Positions 26,245 to 40,159 of a stretch of DNA of 64,000 nt are shown piece by piece. The position numbers and the translations under genes were made by a program. The stretch is from Octopus vulgaris. Its lineage: Eukaryota. A model generated the notes under the pieces. The model saw nothing but the letters and a program-made list of their open reading frames with translations, was not told the origin of the DNA and ran no database searches. Numbering within the stretch: position 1 is the first letter of the stretch; each line of letters opens with the position of its first letter. Where the stretch lies: assembly GCA_951406725.2 (NCBI GenBank), contig OX597816.1, positions 151,590,001 through 151,654,000 on the forward strand. Direction: 5' to 3'.

Positions 26245-27639
26245 GTGTGTATGTGGAACGCGTGCGTATCAATGCATATGCACTCACACACACACACACA
26301 TAAAAAGTCAAGCAGTCTAAGAGGTGAATATATTTGGAAATTTACTATTTTTAAATCTCACAACGAGAGATATTCAGCAACAGTACCTTGGAGTAAAGAT
26401 TGATTGCCAACATAACATGGCAGTCCTGGTTTAGGACGACTGTTGCTGTAATTTAGCCACAGGAGACATTTCCGTGAATATATTTATTTAACCACTTTTT
26501 AATCTTTAGGATTACGGCCGTTTCGTAGCCTTCATCATGGAATAATTTTAATGAATAATAAATATATTGTTTCATATGTCTGCGCTAATATTCAAGCTTC
26601 GGATTATACAATACAATTGTATATTTACAAATCAATGCAGATCAAGAAAACTAGCTCATCAAATCCTCAGAACATCATGGTTACATCTTTGCATCAATTC
26701 TTCGAGTTAAAGCATAGGCGTAACCATGATTTTCTGGGGACGAGATGAACTACTTTGTTAGGAATCAATATTGCCGTAATTCAAGCCCCCACAAAACCGA
26801 ACGATCTGGAATTGCAGTGAGTTCCTAGCAACAAGATAATTCCTGTCGTAAAATTGCAGTGAATTCATCAAGATAATCCCTTCTCTTATTAAGATAATAC
26901 CAAATTACAGATGTCACCGGAATCCAGGATAAAACAGTGGCATGCAACATGCTTTCACTTATTAATTTTGGTCTCTATGAAGTCCCTATGAAATCGATTC
27001 TCCAGTCACAGTTCCAACGGAAGATCCAGTCTAATTTGTTGAAATGAGTACCAGCATGGGGCACGACAGCAACAACAGCAATAATGACAAACTATAAAAC
27101 CAGCAGCGGCGAAACCTGCAATAACAGCAGCTGTAGCAATAACGATTCGCAACACCAGCTTGCAAGATGGAGAGCAACATCAACAGCAATAACAACACCA
27201 ACCGTGGTAGCAACAGCAAAAAAATAACAAAGGCCTGCACATCACAGACCACAGCAGCAGTAACAACAATAATAGCAGAACCCGCTGCTCAAACAATAAT
27301 TATATCAACAACAGAACAATACCACAAACCTCCCCAAGACATGCCCCTCCCCAACTCACACCATACAAACCTATTGTGTGATGAACATAACAGCAAGGCC
27401 CCTGAATGACAAACAGTAACAAAAAAGAAACAATGAAAAAAACAGGGAGATATGAACAAATGGGAGAGATGCTTTTAAGCAACGATGCACTAACACCACT
27501 GCCGACAACAGCTACATCACTGCTATCAACACCATTACCCCATCACCCCATCACCACCATTACCACCACTATCACACACCACCATCTCCTGTACAAGCAC
27601 AACCAAATTCACACACACACACACAGTGAAACTCAACCT

Positions 27640-29260
27640 AGAAAAGTGAATGAGCCTTCCGCTTGGCTCTTGTGGAGACAACGTCTTTAAGCGTTGGACA
27701 GACAGATCGGTTAAATTGTTTGGGATCTCGTTTATTCCAGACCTTCAAGTGGAGAAGAAATTGGACGAGGTGATGAACAGGGTGGTCTATCTCGTATACA
27801 AATGGGGCGAGAGAAAGCTATTTCTGAAAAAGTCTAGCAGAAGTGGCGAACGTTTATATCACCTGGCTGCCGTGCCTTGTACCAGCTCACTTTTCATCGG
27901 ACTGGAGCGCCTGTTCTACTCCTTTCTGTAGAAGGGGCGCGTTTCACTGCTGAGGCACTTCAGGGCAAGCCTAATCCTCTATTCAGTGAATACTGAGCAT
28001 ACTACAGCTGATGATGCGCAGATATACACATCGGCTGCAACGTCTCTAGCATTTCCATGACGGTGAGCAGATGTGGACGCCGTTTGTCAGACTCGCCTTT
28101 TCACAGCTCATCTATCTGATAGAGTTGCAGTTAGGAATACAGCATGGATTGAGGTAAGGCGGCCTAGCACCTAGAGCAGTGCTTTTCAAACTTTTTGCTG
28201 GAGCGGAACCCCAAGGAAAAATTCCACTGGCTCGAGGAACTCCTTTGCAATAATTTAATAGTCTTATGCACACATATCTGCACAGGAGACTTAAAAATTA
28301 CTGCCGATTTTAACAGTTTTGTAACTTCTTGCGGAACCCCTGCACTGTACTGGCGGAACCCTAAGGTTCCGCGGAACCCTGGTTGAAAACCACTGACCTA
28401 AAGTATCGTCTGGACCTCATAGCCCTCTACAAGTCAGGCAGTTGGTGGGAGTTCCACTTTGGGGTTCTTTAAAGGTTTAGCGGAGGACAAGAGCGACAAC
28501 GTTGTAAAGGAGAATCAATGAGAATCAATTGATTGGTTTTCCCCAGAAAACTTTCTGGCTGGGAGTTATGGATAATTTCCAGAAATCTCTGGTCTGTCAG
28601 CGCTACCGGGAGACTCTACATGTATGGAAATGCCTTCAGCCTGCCAGAGATGCATGCAAAGCAACGAAATTGTTTTGCGCGTACTCATCTGAATCCCGCG
28701 TCGTTTCGAACACGTGCCAGCGGATTCAGCTATCAGCTGAGTACATTGTAAATATATCGTCTCGCTGCCTTCCTTTGATCGAGATGGATTGGCAACTTGC
28801 AGCTGTGTTATGGCCTTAGCAAAAGAGATATTGAAGTGGACGAAACTGAAATGTTTGAAGACGGATACTTGTTGAAGCCCTGATCAACCTTTTCAAGTTT
28901 CACTTGAAATGGAAAGAGGGAAGAAAGTGCTGCCTTCCAGCGAATTTGTTGAAAAGCAGGTGAATGTAGCAAGGATCACTCGAGTGAACGGGCCTGTTCT
29001 GAGCATGTGCCTATACATTTAAGGAGGAGGATAGAAAGGGAGAATTTGCCCTAGGGTAAGAGTGACTGCAGTTTCGTAGGGTTCCAACGAGCAGGCCTCG
29101 TAAGTCTCCCACCTTCGAGGAAGTTTTTTGTTTGAACTGTTTGTTTCTTTGTTTCTGCTATTATACTGTTTGCACACTTTAATGTAATCCCATATTGATG
29201 CAAGATGAGTGCATTGAATCGTCCTGTATCATCCTCGATCTTTTTGTAAACACTCAGTGG
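27640..29260 (+). pseudogene. Decayed Tx1/L1-clade LINE 3' portion
   Basis: VKLFGISFIPDLQVEKKLDEV...KWGERKLFLK...LERLFYSFL resembles the Tx1 RT thumb region (KLLG.WF..., W..RKLSLKGR). Confidence 0.7.
28177..28395. mobile_element. hAT (Charlie-like) MITE inserted in the Tx1 relic
   Basis: TIRs cagtgcttttcaa / ttgaaaaccactg; 8-bp TSD acctagag / acctaaag; internal ggaaccc repeats. Confidence 0.85.
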
Positions 29261-29310
29261 TTAATAGAAAAATTATTATTATCACTATTATCATTATTAT
29301 TATTATTATT

Positions 29311-30170
29311 CATATACTCACAATAGATTAGATTGTTGGAAAAGAAAAATTCCTATCATCGGGCAACAACAATCAACCTTAGATGCCAAGAACTCTCCTA
29401 AGTATCCTAGTTGTCCCGAATAACACTGTTTTTTGGAGCTGTACTAAAGTGGGATTTATGCCTATTTCTTCTATCCATCTGTTCAAATTTTAGGGATAGT
29501 TCTTAATGCACCTGTAACTACTGGGATACATTTTATCCGCACTTTCCATAGTGTCTGTAATTCAATGGCTAGGTCCTGGTACTTGGCTATTTTTTCTATA
29601 CCTCTCATATTGATTTTTTTATCATTTGGGACTGTAAAGTCAATTATGTGGCACTTTCTATTCTCTTTATCTACTACTAAAAAACAAGCAGTCTAGCTTA
29701 TTTTACTCTGTCAGTCTGAATGTTAAAGTCCCACAACATCTTATATTTCTTACTTTCTAATACCTTACTAGGGTCATGTTCATACCATACATTAGTATGG
29801 TCAAATTCTAGCTTTCTATATAACTCCCAGTGGATTACTCTCCCTAGGTTGTCATGTTTTTTCTTGTGTTCTTTCTGTGCCAGCATGCTACATTCACTTA
29901 CTATATGAGTAATACTTTCCTCTTTTGATTTGCATAACCTACATTGAGAATCTACTTGGTTTTTATGTATCTTGGCTTTTTTATCCAATTAGTCCTTAAT
30001 GCTTGATCTTGTGCTGCTACTAACATATTTCTTTCTCTCTTTTTAACCTTCCATTCTGTAACCATAACCATGTCTCACTACTACTACTTGCTGTAATTGT
30101 CTTTGGGAAGCCACCATGCAGAGCCTTCTCTTGCCAGTCAGGTAACTTTTGTTCTTTTTCTAGTTTTTCA
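29311..30170 (-). pseudogene. Dong/R4-type LINE 3' portion (copy 1) between (TAA)n tracts
   Basis: WQEKALHG, WLWLQNGRLKRE, CRLCKSKEESITHIVSEC...HDNLGRVIHWEL...WDFNIQTDR, GTTRILRRVLGI*. Confidence 0.9.
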
Positions 30171-30256
30171 TTATTATTATTGTTATTATTATTATTATTA
30201 TTATTATCATCATCATCATCATCATCGTCATCGTCATCGTCATCGTCATTCTTATT

Positions 30257-30286
<30 letters not shown>

Positions 30287-30287
<1 letters not shown>

Positions 30288-31461
30288 GAAAACTCACAGC
30301 TTATTTTGCTGGGTATGACGGAAAGTGTCACCTGTCAATAGCTAACAGACTAAGGTGGCACTTGCTTACTGGTCATGCTTTAAGAACCCTGCGAAGAATT
30401 CTTGCAGTTCCATGCAATGCTGATTTTTGTAGGTGTTCTTACCTTCACATTTGCACCGATCTTTTTCAACCATGTTGGTAGTTGAGTGCTGATACTTCGA
30501 AGTGCACCAATTACTACTGGTATCACGTCTACTCTCTTCATTTGACCACAACCTTCGTATTTCCCACTTTAAATCGTTGTAGTTGTTTATTTTTTTCTTC
30601 TTTCACATTGATCCTGCTGTCACCGGGGCATGCTATGTCGATAATCATACATGTCCTTTCTTTTTTATTCACAACAATGTCCGGTTTCCTATGTCTGGTC
30701 AGGTAATCGCACTGGATCATTACATCCCTTAGGATTTTGCAGTTCTCATTTTCGGTGACTCTTTCTGAGGTTTGTTCATATCTCGTCCTTGCTCTTTATA
30801 GGCCGTGATTTCCACAGAGCTCCCGATGGAGCACTCTTACTACATTGTCATGGCGTCGTTTGTACTCACGTTGTGCCAATTTCGGGCATTCGCTAACGAT
30901 GTGCCATACCATTTCACCCCTCTCACTACACATTCTGCATTTGTCACTCTGTAGTGTTGTCAATTCTGCACTTCATATAATTGGTCCTTAATGCTTGTTC
31001 CTGAGTTGCGCATATGAGTGCTTCTGTCTCTATCTTCAGGTCACTCCTCCTCATCCATAGCCACCGGTCCTCTGCATCTGTCTTGACGTTCACATTTCAT
31101 GCAAACTGACCATACATTTCTTTCATTCTATGCTTTTTTTTAAAATTCATTTCTTGTTTAAATTTTTCTTTAGTTACAGAATTTTCAGTTTTGAACTTTT
31201 TATATACCACCCTAAGCTGTTTTCCTCTACTTCGATACAGTCCTGGTAACTGATCAAACCTCTATCACGCTTTCTTCTGGACAAGTATAGTTTATCGGTG
31301 TCACTCTTAGGATGGAAGGCTCCATGTACTGTCAACATTTTTCTGGTCTTGATATCCATTCTTTTCATTTCTCTCTTTTGCCATTTTATAATTCTCGCTC
31401 CATACCGAAATGATGCTATCGCTCACGTATTAACTGCTTGGATTTTATTCCATCCAGTCAA

Positions 31462-31462
<1 letters not shown>
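30287..31462 (-). pseudogene. Dong/R4-type LINE 3' portion (copy 2, different family) between (TAA)n tracts
   Basis: MDIKTRKMLTVHGAFHPKSDTDKLYLSR..RDRGL, HRKPDIVVNKKERTCMIIDIACPGD (REL), GTARILRRV. Confidence 0.9.
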
Positions 31463-31537
<75 letters not shown>

Positions 31538-31708
31538 TTACTGATAACAGGACGCAGGATTTGAACTCAGAATGCTGAGAAACGGGATATCCGACACTCT
31601 AACGATTCTGACAATTCTGTAACACAGGCTTATGTATCTATCAATCTACCTATCTATCTATTTATCTATATATAAGTGTGCGTGTATGCACATATATATA
31701 AGCATGTA

Positions 31709-31771
<63 letters not shown>

Positions 31772-31826
31772 ATATATATATATCTATCTATATATATATA
31801 TATATATATATAGCTGGCTATTGGTC

Positions 31827-31883
<57 letters not shown>

Positions 31884-31918
31884 ATGTATGTATGTATGTA
31901 TGTATGTATGTATGTATA

Positions 31919-31973
<55 letters not shown>

Positions 31974-32113
31974 GAAATCTTACCGAATGAGACTCTTTTC
32001 CATCGTCAAAGCTTTTGACGGTTGTTGTGGCGATGGTGGTAGTATGATGTTATATTGATAATTTCAGTACAGACGCTGTAGTTGGATGCTATTATTGCCG
32101 TTATCATCATTGC

Positions 32114-32159
<46 letters not shown>

Positions 32160-32310
32160 GTTATCATCATTGCCAATCAGCATGATCATGATCTTCTTCT
32201 TCTTCTTCTTCTTCTTCTTCTTCTTCTTCTTCTTCTTCTTCTTCTTCTTCTTCTTCTTCTTCTTCTTCTTCTTCTTCTTCGTCTTCTTCTTCTTCTTCTT
32301 CTGCTTCTTC
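31463..32310. repeat. Microsatellite cluster (TTA)n, (TATC)n, (TG)n, (GA)n, (CAT)n, (CTT)n
   Basis: Direct inspection. Confidence 0.9.
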
Positions 32311-32604
32311 TTTATTGATTTTTATCCAACACGTGAGCGAGCGTGTGTCTGATTGCACTTTTGTGTCTACGAGCCTCTAGGCGCGCTGGTGTATGTGTGT
32401 GTGTGTGTTTGTGTGTGTGCGTGTGTATTAACGCTATCATAGAGTTTTCCGAGATTCCATGCTAATATTTTCGACCATTCTAAGGTCACCTTTATTGGCT
32501 CGTTCTACCAGCAAGGTCGTCGCGGTTTTTACAGGATACAATGATGGATAATGGAACTGAAATGAATGAATGAATGAATAAATAAATAAATAAATAAATA
32601 TAAA

Positions 32605-32670
<66 letters not shown>

Positions 32671-33941
32671 GATGATGATGATTTATGTAAGAAATGGAAG
32701 TTGTTACAGAGACAATTGCAGTTGGTTACTGACAACAAAACTAATTCTAATGCACTTTGCCCGATACCCTGCTATCTCAAACTAAAAATGTGATGTATTT
32801 TTCTCTTGGTCTGGAGGGTCCTAAAGTCTTCATATTTTATAGAAGGCAAAGTGAGGTTGTAGTGTTCATGCCCATCTGAAAGAATATTAGCAGCATCAAT
32901 GAAGTGAAAAGGCTTTCAATCAGGATTTGAAACGATGTCGCAATTTCGACTGGCCAGAATCGTATATTTTTCTCCGCGATAGTAGTCACAATAATGATTT
33001 CTTATTTTGACATCAGGAGAGATATAATCGATTTAATCAACATCAGTTCTTTATTTGTATCTATTTTATCGACTAATTTTAGATGAAAAACAAAGTCGAA
33101 CTCTGCGGCATTGTCTAGTACTCCATTCCTACAACAATGACGGCTAATGATTCTGAAACAATTTCTAAAAGTGCAACAATAATTGATGAAAAATAGTTTC
33201 TGAAATTAATAGAATGTGCACTTTACGTAAGTTCCTGTTTTTATATTTGAATTGCCGCGGGTTGTAGCTGGCTGTGTCACCAATGTCGCTATGACGACTG
33301 GTTGTTTACTGTGCCGTGGTTGAATGAGTAGTTGAAAATATGTTTCTTGTCCGCGTGAAAAAGTAACTGAACAACGCGTTGGCCATTTACAGTTAAAAAC
33401 AGAAATAATTACAGACTAGGAGAAAGACACTACTCTGAAAGTACAGAAAGCTATTGGAACGGCAACATGCGGTTGGCCTGACATAACTGAAATCAGCTAC
33501 GCAATCTTCGTGGTGACGGAGGTTCTTGGTTGTTTGTCCTAGGCCGTCTGCGTGAGCCGTCTGCCTGGCAAGAATGGAGACGTATGTCGCTCAGCTGTTC
33601 ACCATTCTACAAAGAGTTTAGGTATTTTATAGAGTACAAGAAGAAGATTCTAGAATGTTTTGACACTGATTAGTTGCTTAACAGATAGATCACGTGAAAC
33701 CACTGTGATCCAGCCGTGGTGTCTGACCGGTTACCTAGCGGTTTGGGTTTCGACTTACCGCTACATAATGTTTCCTATTCATATCCTTTTAAATGTCAGG
33801 CCTCACTTTCGCAAAAGAACTCTGGTGAAGCACATCTTTAACATAACTAAAACTATATCCTGACGACTGACTCTTCTCTTAATGATGCTCTACAAAGCTC
33901 ACGTGAAGCCTGTGATGAAGCTTTGTTCTCACATACCGGAC

Positions 33942-34703
33942 ACGAATTTTTTCTCACGAGAGTTCCGGACCCCAGTTATGAACTCATTTGCATACAACCA
34001 ATCAGAGCTCACCTTGAACTTGTCAAATTAACAAACACACTCTACCAAGTAAACTCGACGAAAAACAGTATTGTAAGTCGACCGATCGCCAAGTTATGCT
34101 TGATTTTAGGAGACAAGTATTGGGTTGGTGCATAATTATTGCAGCTTTTTTTCAGCATAATTTATTCAATAAAAACAATAACAATATTTAACAAAAACAT
34201 CTTTAAATGACGGTCTGACCGTCTGCCAAGCAAATGGGAAACAGTAACTGAAGTAGATGGTGAATATGCTCTGGAATAATCATTTAAAGATGCTTTTGTT
34301 ACATGTTATTATTGTTTTTGTTGAAAAAAAAAGCCTCAATAATTATGCGCCAACCCAATAATTAGATAGATTTGCATTTACACTTATTATCGGGTTTTGT
34401 TAGGGCCCCATGTGGTAAAATGAGGGTAGAGGGTGATGTGCTAGCAACCCTCTCCCTTTACTGTTTAACAAAGTAAACAACACAAATAACTACGCAGAGG
34501 TAGCTATGGTTGAAACAAGAGCAAGAACAACAAGCATTATTAACAGAGAAAAGATGCGTGGTCATTCCTTACCCAAGTAAGCTTATCTTATCGCCCATCA
34601 CTTGTTATGCGCACATAAATTAATTTGATAGTTGAGCTCAAATTGGCTGCATGCAAATGAGCTCATAACTGGGATCCCTAACTCTCGTGGGAAAAAAATT
34701 CGC
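33942..34703 (+). mobile_element. Mutator-like MITE (about 70-bp TIRs, 9-bp TSD) carrying a nested mariner MITE
   Basis: TSD ataccggac at 33933-33941 and 34704-34712; TIR cgaattttttctcacgagagtt...catttgcat..ccaat; second copy at 58800-59336. Confidence 0.85.
34120..34358 (+). mobile_element. Mariner-derived MITE with TA TSD
   Basis: TIR ttgggttggtgcataattattg / caataattatgcgccaacccaa, extending to ~90 bp; internal RLPSKWETV.EVDGEYA transposase C-terminus; empty TA site present in the 58800 copy. Confidence 0.9.
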
Positions 34704-35220
34704 ATACCGGACGATATCTCTGCTCAGCACACAGACCGCATCTAGAAAAGTCACCTGACTGATTGGAATAAAATAACTCACTGACACGCCCCAGTCTTTG
34801 GTCCACATCAGCGATATCTCTTTACTTTCCTACTGCTAATTGCCTCAGCTCCTTGGAGCTGATCGGGCTAATTTTACCTCCACCTAGTTATTCCGTATTA
34901 TTCGTCTCTCCGCCCACAATCCAGACCTGCACTAATCCCTAAGCCCAATCCTTCCCTCTCAGGCTGTCGGCCCTCGAGAATTCCCTTCCTGACAAGGTCT
35001 TTTCAGTAGGTATTGACTAATAAAGATTCAAGAGAAACATTAATGGTGACAGTCTCACCGCTCTAGGAAGGATTTCGAAGGCTACGGACAGTATGTATGA
35101 ATGTATGTATGTATGTATGTATGTATGTATGTATGTATGTATGTATGTATGTATTATGTGTGTGTGTGTTTGTGTGTGTACGTGTGTGTGTGCATAGTTG
35201 TCTGTGTGTGCGTGCGTGCT

Positions 35221-35255
<35 letters not shown>

Positions 35256-36049
35256 ATGTACATGTGCGGGTGTGGGGGGATGTACGTGCATGCATGCGCG
35301 CATGTTTATGTATGTATATCTGAGGTCACAAATAGAAAAGCGAACCTGTAACGCAAAGTTTTGTTCAGAGATGCTTTACTAACAGCCAGGAAAAGGCATA
35401 AATATCACAAACTCCAGTTTTTCCTGTCCCTTGAAATCAGTCGTACAGATCATCCTGATCAGTCTATTCACCCAATATTGCATGGCGTAAGTATCCATTC
35501 TGTTGTGTCTTTGAGTCAAACGAAATCAGCATGATTATTTATTCAAGATACGATTGCACTCGAACGTATGGAAACAATATATCAGTCTATAGATTTCTGC
35601 ATTCTTCATTGACATGCCGCCGGGAAACAAAACGTGTTTCGAGGTCCTTGAGTTTTGGTGTCATTATTGATCTTCCATACATATAAATTGATCATTTTGA
35701 TTATCAATTCAACCCGATATTCAGTTGCTAATTATCTAAATTATTAGGTAGCGACAAATAGTCGATATTTTATGAGATAAACAATAGAAACAGAAAGTCA
35801 GTGTATTGCATTGTAACAGCGCAGAATTAGTGAAATAATGATAATTAATTCTCATTGGTATGTTTCACCAGAATATTCAACAACATCTGCTATACAGAGT
35901 AAATTGTGTCAATTTATGCTGCACGTGTGTATACACGCACACATACGTACGTACATACATACATACATACATACATACATACATACATACATACATACAT
36001 ACATACATACATACATACATACACACACACACATACACACACACACATA

Positions 36050-37283
36050 CACGAGGAGTGATCATTAAAGATTTCCCTTGATTCGCTTCTCATGGACTGG
36101 GATGGATAAAATTTGGCATAATTATCAGTCCTTCTCTACAGAGCTACCACCAGTTGTGACACACTTCTCCTATCGCTTTATGCAGCTGTGAAGACTTCGT
36201 CTGTAGAAGTTGGTAAGTTGCGTTTGGAGCCAAGACTGTTACCTTGGAAATAAATTCATCACCCGAAAAGTGCTTCCCCTTCAAAAAAGACTTCATGGTT
36301 GGAAAGATGTGGAAGCCTGATGGTGCAAGGTTGGGAGAGTAAAGGGATGAGGAAGGATTTCATAGCCGCTGTGTGTGCTTTAGAGGAGGCAGACTCCTTT
36401 GGTCAGCATGCCGTGCCTCTCTGCTTTGATGGCGCCCTGCAAGTTCTGCAGCAGAGAAGCATAATATGCCCCGTTGATTGTGGTGCCCTTTGCCAGATGA
36501 TCCACCATCACTACTCCACGCTGGTCCCAAAAGACTGAGTATCATCTTCCTGCTGAGGGTTGGACACGAGCCTACCTGGGAGGTGGTGAGTTAACATATT
36601 TCCGTTGCATCGACTGGACTTTAGTTTCAGGATCATAGTGATGGACCCATGTTTCATCCTGTGTGATAAGTCTGCCGAAAAGTCCTCCTCATTTTCTCGG
36701 CACATTGCCAAAAGAACCTGGGAGCAATTGACTTGTTCCTGCTTCTGAAAAGATGTGAGCATCCGGGGAATCCATCGTGCAGACAACTTTCGCATGGCCA
36801 AATCGTCGTGAATGGTTTTTTTCCCACAGACCCTACACTTATCTTCACTTCTTGGGCTAGTTGTCGAATGCGACGATCCTCCAAAATGGCAGCTTCAACT
36901 TTATGGGTGGTGTCCTCATCAATGGCAGAACGTGGTCGTCCAGGGATAGGAGCAGTTTCCATCGATGTCCGAGCACGTTTAAACTGGTGAAGCCAGTGCT
37001 TGACTACGTTGTATGATGGTACATCGTCACCATAAACTTCTTTCATCTCATCGAAAGTCTCTGGTGTACGACCTTTCATGTATAAGAAACTGATTACTGA
37101 TCTGCATTCAACTACCTCCGTTAGTCCATTTCAGCAGCCATAAAAGACAAACAAAAACTAGTGGAAAGCTGCAATTTACAATGTGACATGTAGAGACGTA
37201 TATGCTTATACCTGTACAAGTTCCATTTCTTCGAATAACCGGAAGTGGGTCAGAAGGAATCTTTAAAGAACATCCCCCGCGTG
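36050..37283 (-). mobile_element. Full-length defective mariner transposon (~1.23 kb)
   Basis: Imperfect TIRs cacgaggagtgatcattaaagatttcc / ggaatctttaaagaacatcccccgcgtg; transposase motifs MKEVYGDDVPSY, GRPRS, MRKLSARWIPRMLT, QDETWVHHYDPETK; multiple frameshifts. Confidence 0.9.
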
Positions 37284-37285
37284 TG

Positions 37286-37330
<45 letters not shown>

Positions 37331-38929
37331 ATACAGATAGAGAGTGAGAGGGAGAAGAAAGAGAGTAAGAGAGATAAAAACAGTTAATCTTGAGACATGT
37401 ATTTACATGAACCAGAAAATACAGTTTATAATATATGTATGTATATTGAATATTAAACGGTGGACGACATCAAAGACATTAGTAGGCGAAGTCGTCTTAA
37501 TATTCGATTAAAAACTCGATATCATGAAACTCTGAGTAACGCGATAGATTAATAAGCCTTACTGTGAGTACTTCTGTCCTTTAATATATGGAGCTTACTT
37601 CATGTGTTATATGTATGTTTGAGCGTGAGTGGATGTGTATTTATTTATGTATGCATATAAATACACACACATATATTTATATATGTTTATTCATGTATGT
37701 ATGCATGTAGATATATAGATAGATAGGTAGGTAGGTAGGTAGGTAGGTAGGTAGGTAGGTAGGTAGGTAGGTAAGTATGCATGCATGCATGTATAGCAAG
37801 TGATAAGGGATCCGATAATCCAGGCTTTTGCCTCAGGAAGCATTCACGTATTACATTCGTTCGTTCGGTTATAATTAAATGACTGCAGAGACTATCATAT
37901 AATAGACATTACATGGAGAGCATGACTATATCATTTTTCTCACCCGTGTTCGATTGGCCATTTGCATGTTGTTGAAACAATTGTAAACGATGTAACATAT
38001 GTTGTGGCAGCAACTTCAAAACTTCGTAAATGCATTAAGGGGTAAATATATAAATATTGGATGCATAAACTTAGTGTAGCAATTAACGACTTAAGCATGT
38101 GACATTATGAGAACCTAGGGTCTCGAGATACAGAGATATATGCTTATATGACCATTATAATTGGAGTAGGGTGTCTGGGCCCGAAGTATGTAATGTGGGT
38201 GTTTTATCGAAAAGTTTGGAGAATAGAATCCAGACTACAACTATGGCTTGTAGCTAAAAAACACATAATACAGAATATAGGGTATGGGTTGTAGATGTAT
38301 GGCGAATTTAGAATCAGTGGGCCCGTGAATGAGGTCATTATCAATAAGTTTTTCGGGTACGAAAGCATGTTTTTGGTTAGGTTACATGAACCTACTTCTT
38401 ACCGGAAGGTCGGTCCAGATTTTTAGTTATCAATTGGTCTTGTGGTTACTCAGAGTTTCGCTTTTACTGTTGTTCAAGTAACAGATTACTATACATAAGA
38501 AAAGAATGTCTTATAACATAAATATATAAATAATCCTGATAAGTTGTGGTGCACCTGAGCACTGTATACAATAATTTCATTATTATATTATTATAATCAA
38601 TTATTTGTGATGACATACAATAATGTGCATATGTATACATATGAAGCAAAGCAAATGAACAATAAAGGGAAATTGATTTAAAATGAATAAAGAGGAGAGG
38701 AGGAGTAGGGATGTGTATATGTAACGAAGTGTCCTTGATTGTAGTTGCACATGTCGTTTGGTACATGTTAAGTGCACGCGTTTTTACACTCATTCATGAG
38801 TCTGTAGCATGATTGTGATGATGTAATAATATTATTCAGTGATATCGAAATCTAACAATTCATGTGCCAATCAATCCAATGCTTGGTGACCATAGACATA
38901 TTCATATACATACAAACATACAAAGATAT

Positions 38930-39300
38930 ATGAATGTATGTATGTACGTATGTATGTATGTATGTATGTATGTATGTATGTATGTATGTATGTATGTATG
39001 TATGTATGTATGTGTGCGTGTGTGTATGTATGTATGTATGTATGTATGTATGTATGTATGTATGTATGTATGCATGTATGTATGTGTGTGTGTATGTATG
39101 TATGTACGAATGTATGTTTGTATGCATGTATGCATGTATGTATGTATGCATGTGTGCATACATGTATGTGTGTGTTTATATTGAGAGAGAGAGGACGAGA
39201 GAGAAAGTGAATGTGAACTTTTTATATACTACACACACACACACACACACACGCACGCGCACATACACACACACACACGCACACACACACACGTGTATAC
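38930..39300. repeat. (TATG)n and (CA)n microsatellites
   Basis: Direct inspection. Confidence 0.95.
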
Positions 39301-40159
39301 ATATTGTCACCAAACCAGAATTGATGGTGAGGTATTGATTAAAAAATACCAACATTTATGCATAGAATGTATGCATGTGTGTGTTTGTGTGTGTGTGCGC
39401 GCGCGCACGTGCGGATACACAGTGAATGGTTAAGAAGTTCGCAGCGCAATCATGGGGTCTCAGACTGAATGCCATGCATGACATCTTAAACAAATAGCTT
39501 TTAATCTAGCCGAAGACCGACGAGATCCTTGTAGGTGAATTCAGAGGAGGAATACTGTTCGAAAAACCGTCGGATGGATTGTACCTGTAATTTAAACATC
39601 CAACCATATCACACCTGAGGGTAGCGTTAAGAATGCACGTGATTACGGAATACTCAGCCAGCTATACGTTAACTCAATGACCAGATAGTTCAGGTGTATT
39701 GCAGAATTGTAGATTTAATGTTGCTGTGGGTCAGATATCATCGAAAACAAATCAGATCTTAAATACAGCAAAATCTTCCGCAATTTGTGGCCGCATGTAT
39801 CATCATTCGGTTTTCTGAAGGGATGATAGCTATTAATGTACTGATTTAACACAAACTTAGGCCAGTGTTAATTGTGATATTTAGGTTTGTGATTATTGGG
39901 ATTTTGTATCTAATGTGATTTTCTTTGAAGGAGTCGAGGCGGTCTGATGAATATTTGGGGTTTAAATTACATGGTTCAGATCCCTCGTTCCAACTAATTA
40001 CCCTAAAAGCATTACCTTTTTACTTCAACGCGGATTATGGTATTCCACGCAACCATGACAAGTAAGTAAATGGAAGTGTTATCGATATTCATTCGCTAAC
40101 TCAATGACTCTTACAATATTTTAATATATTTAATATATCCATTTAATATATTTAATATA

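Larger units (their letters stand above)
33780..34960 (+). pseudogene. CR1/Jockey-like LINE C-terminal relic split by a Mutator-like MITE
   Basis: With the MITE removed it reads LMMLYKAHVKPVMKLCSHIPDDISAQH..RI, resembling LYKA.VRP.MEYCSHIW. Confidence 0.55.
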
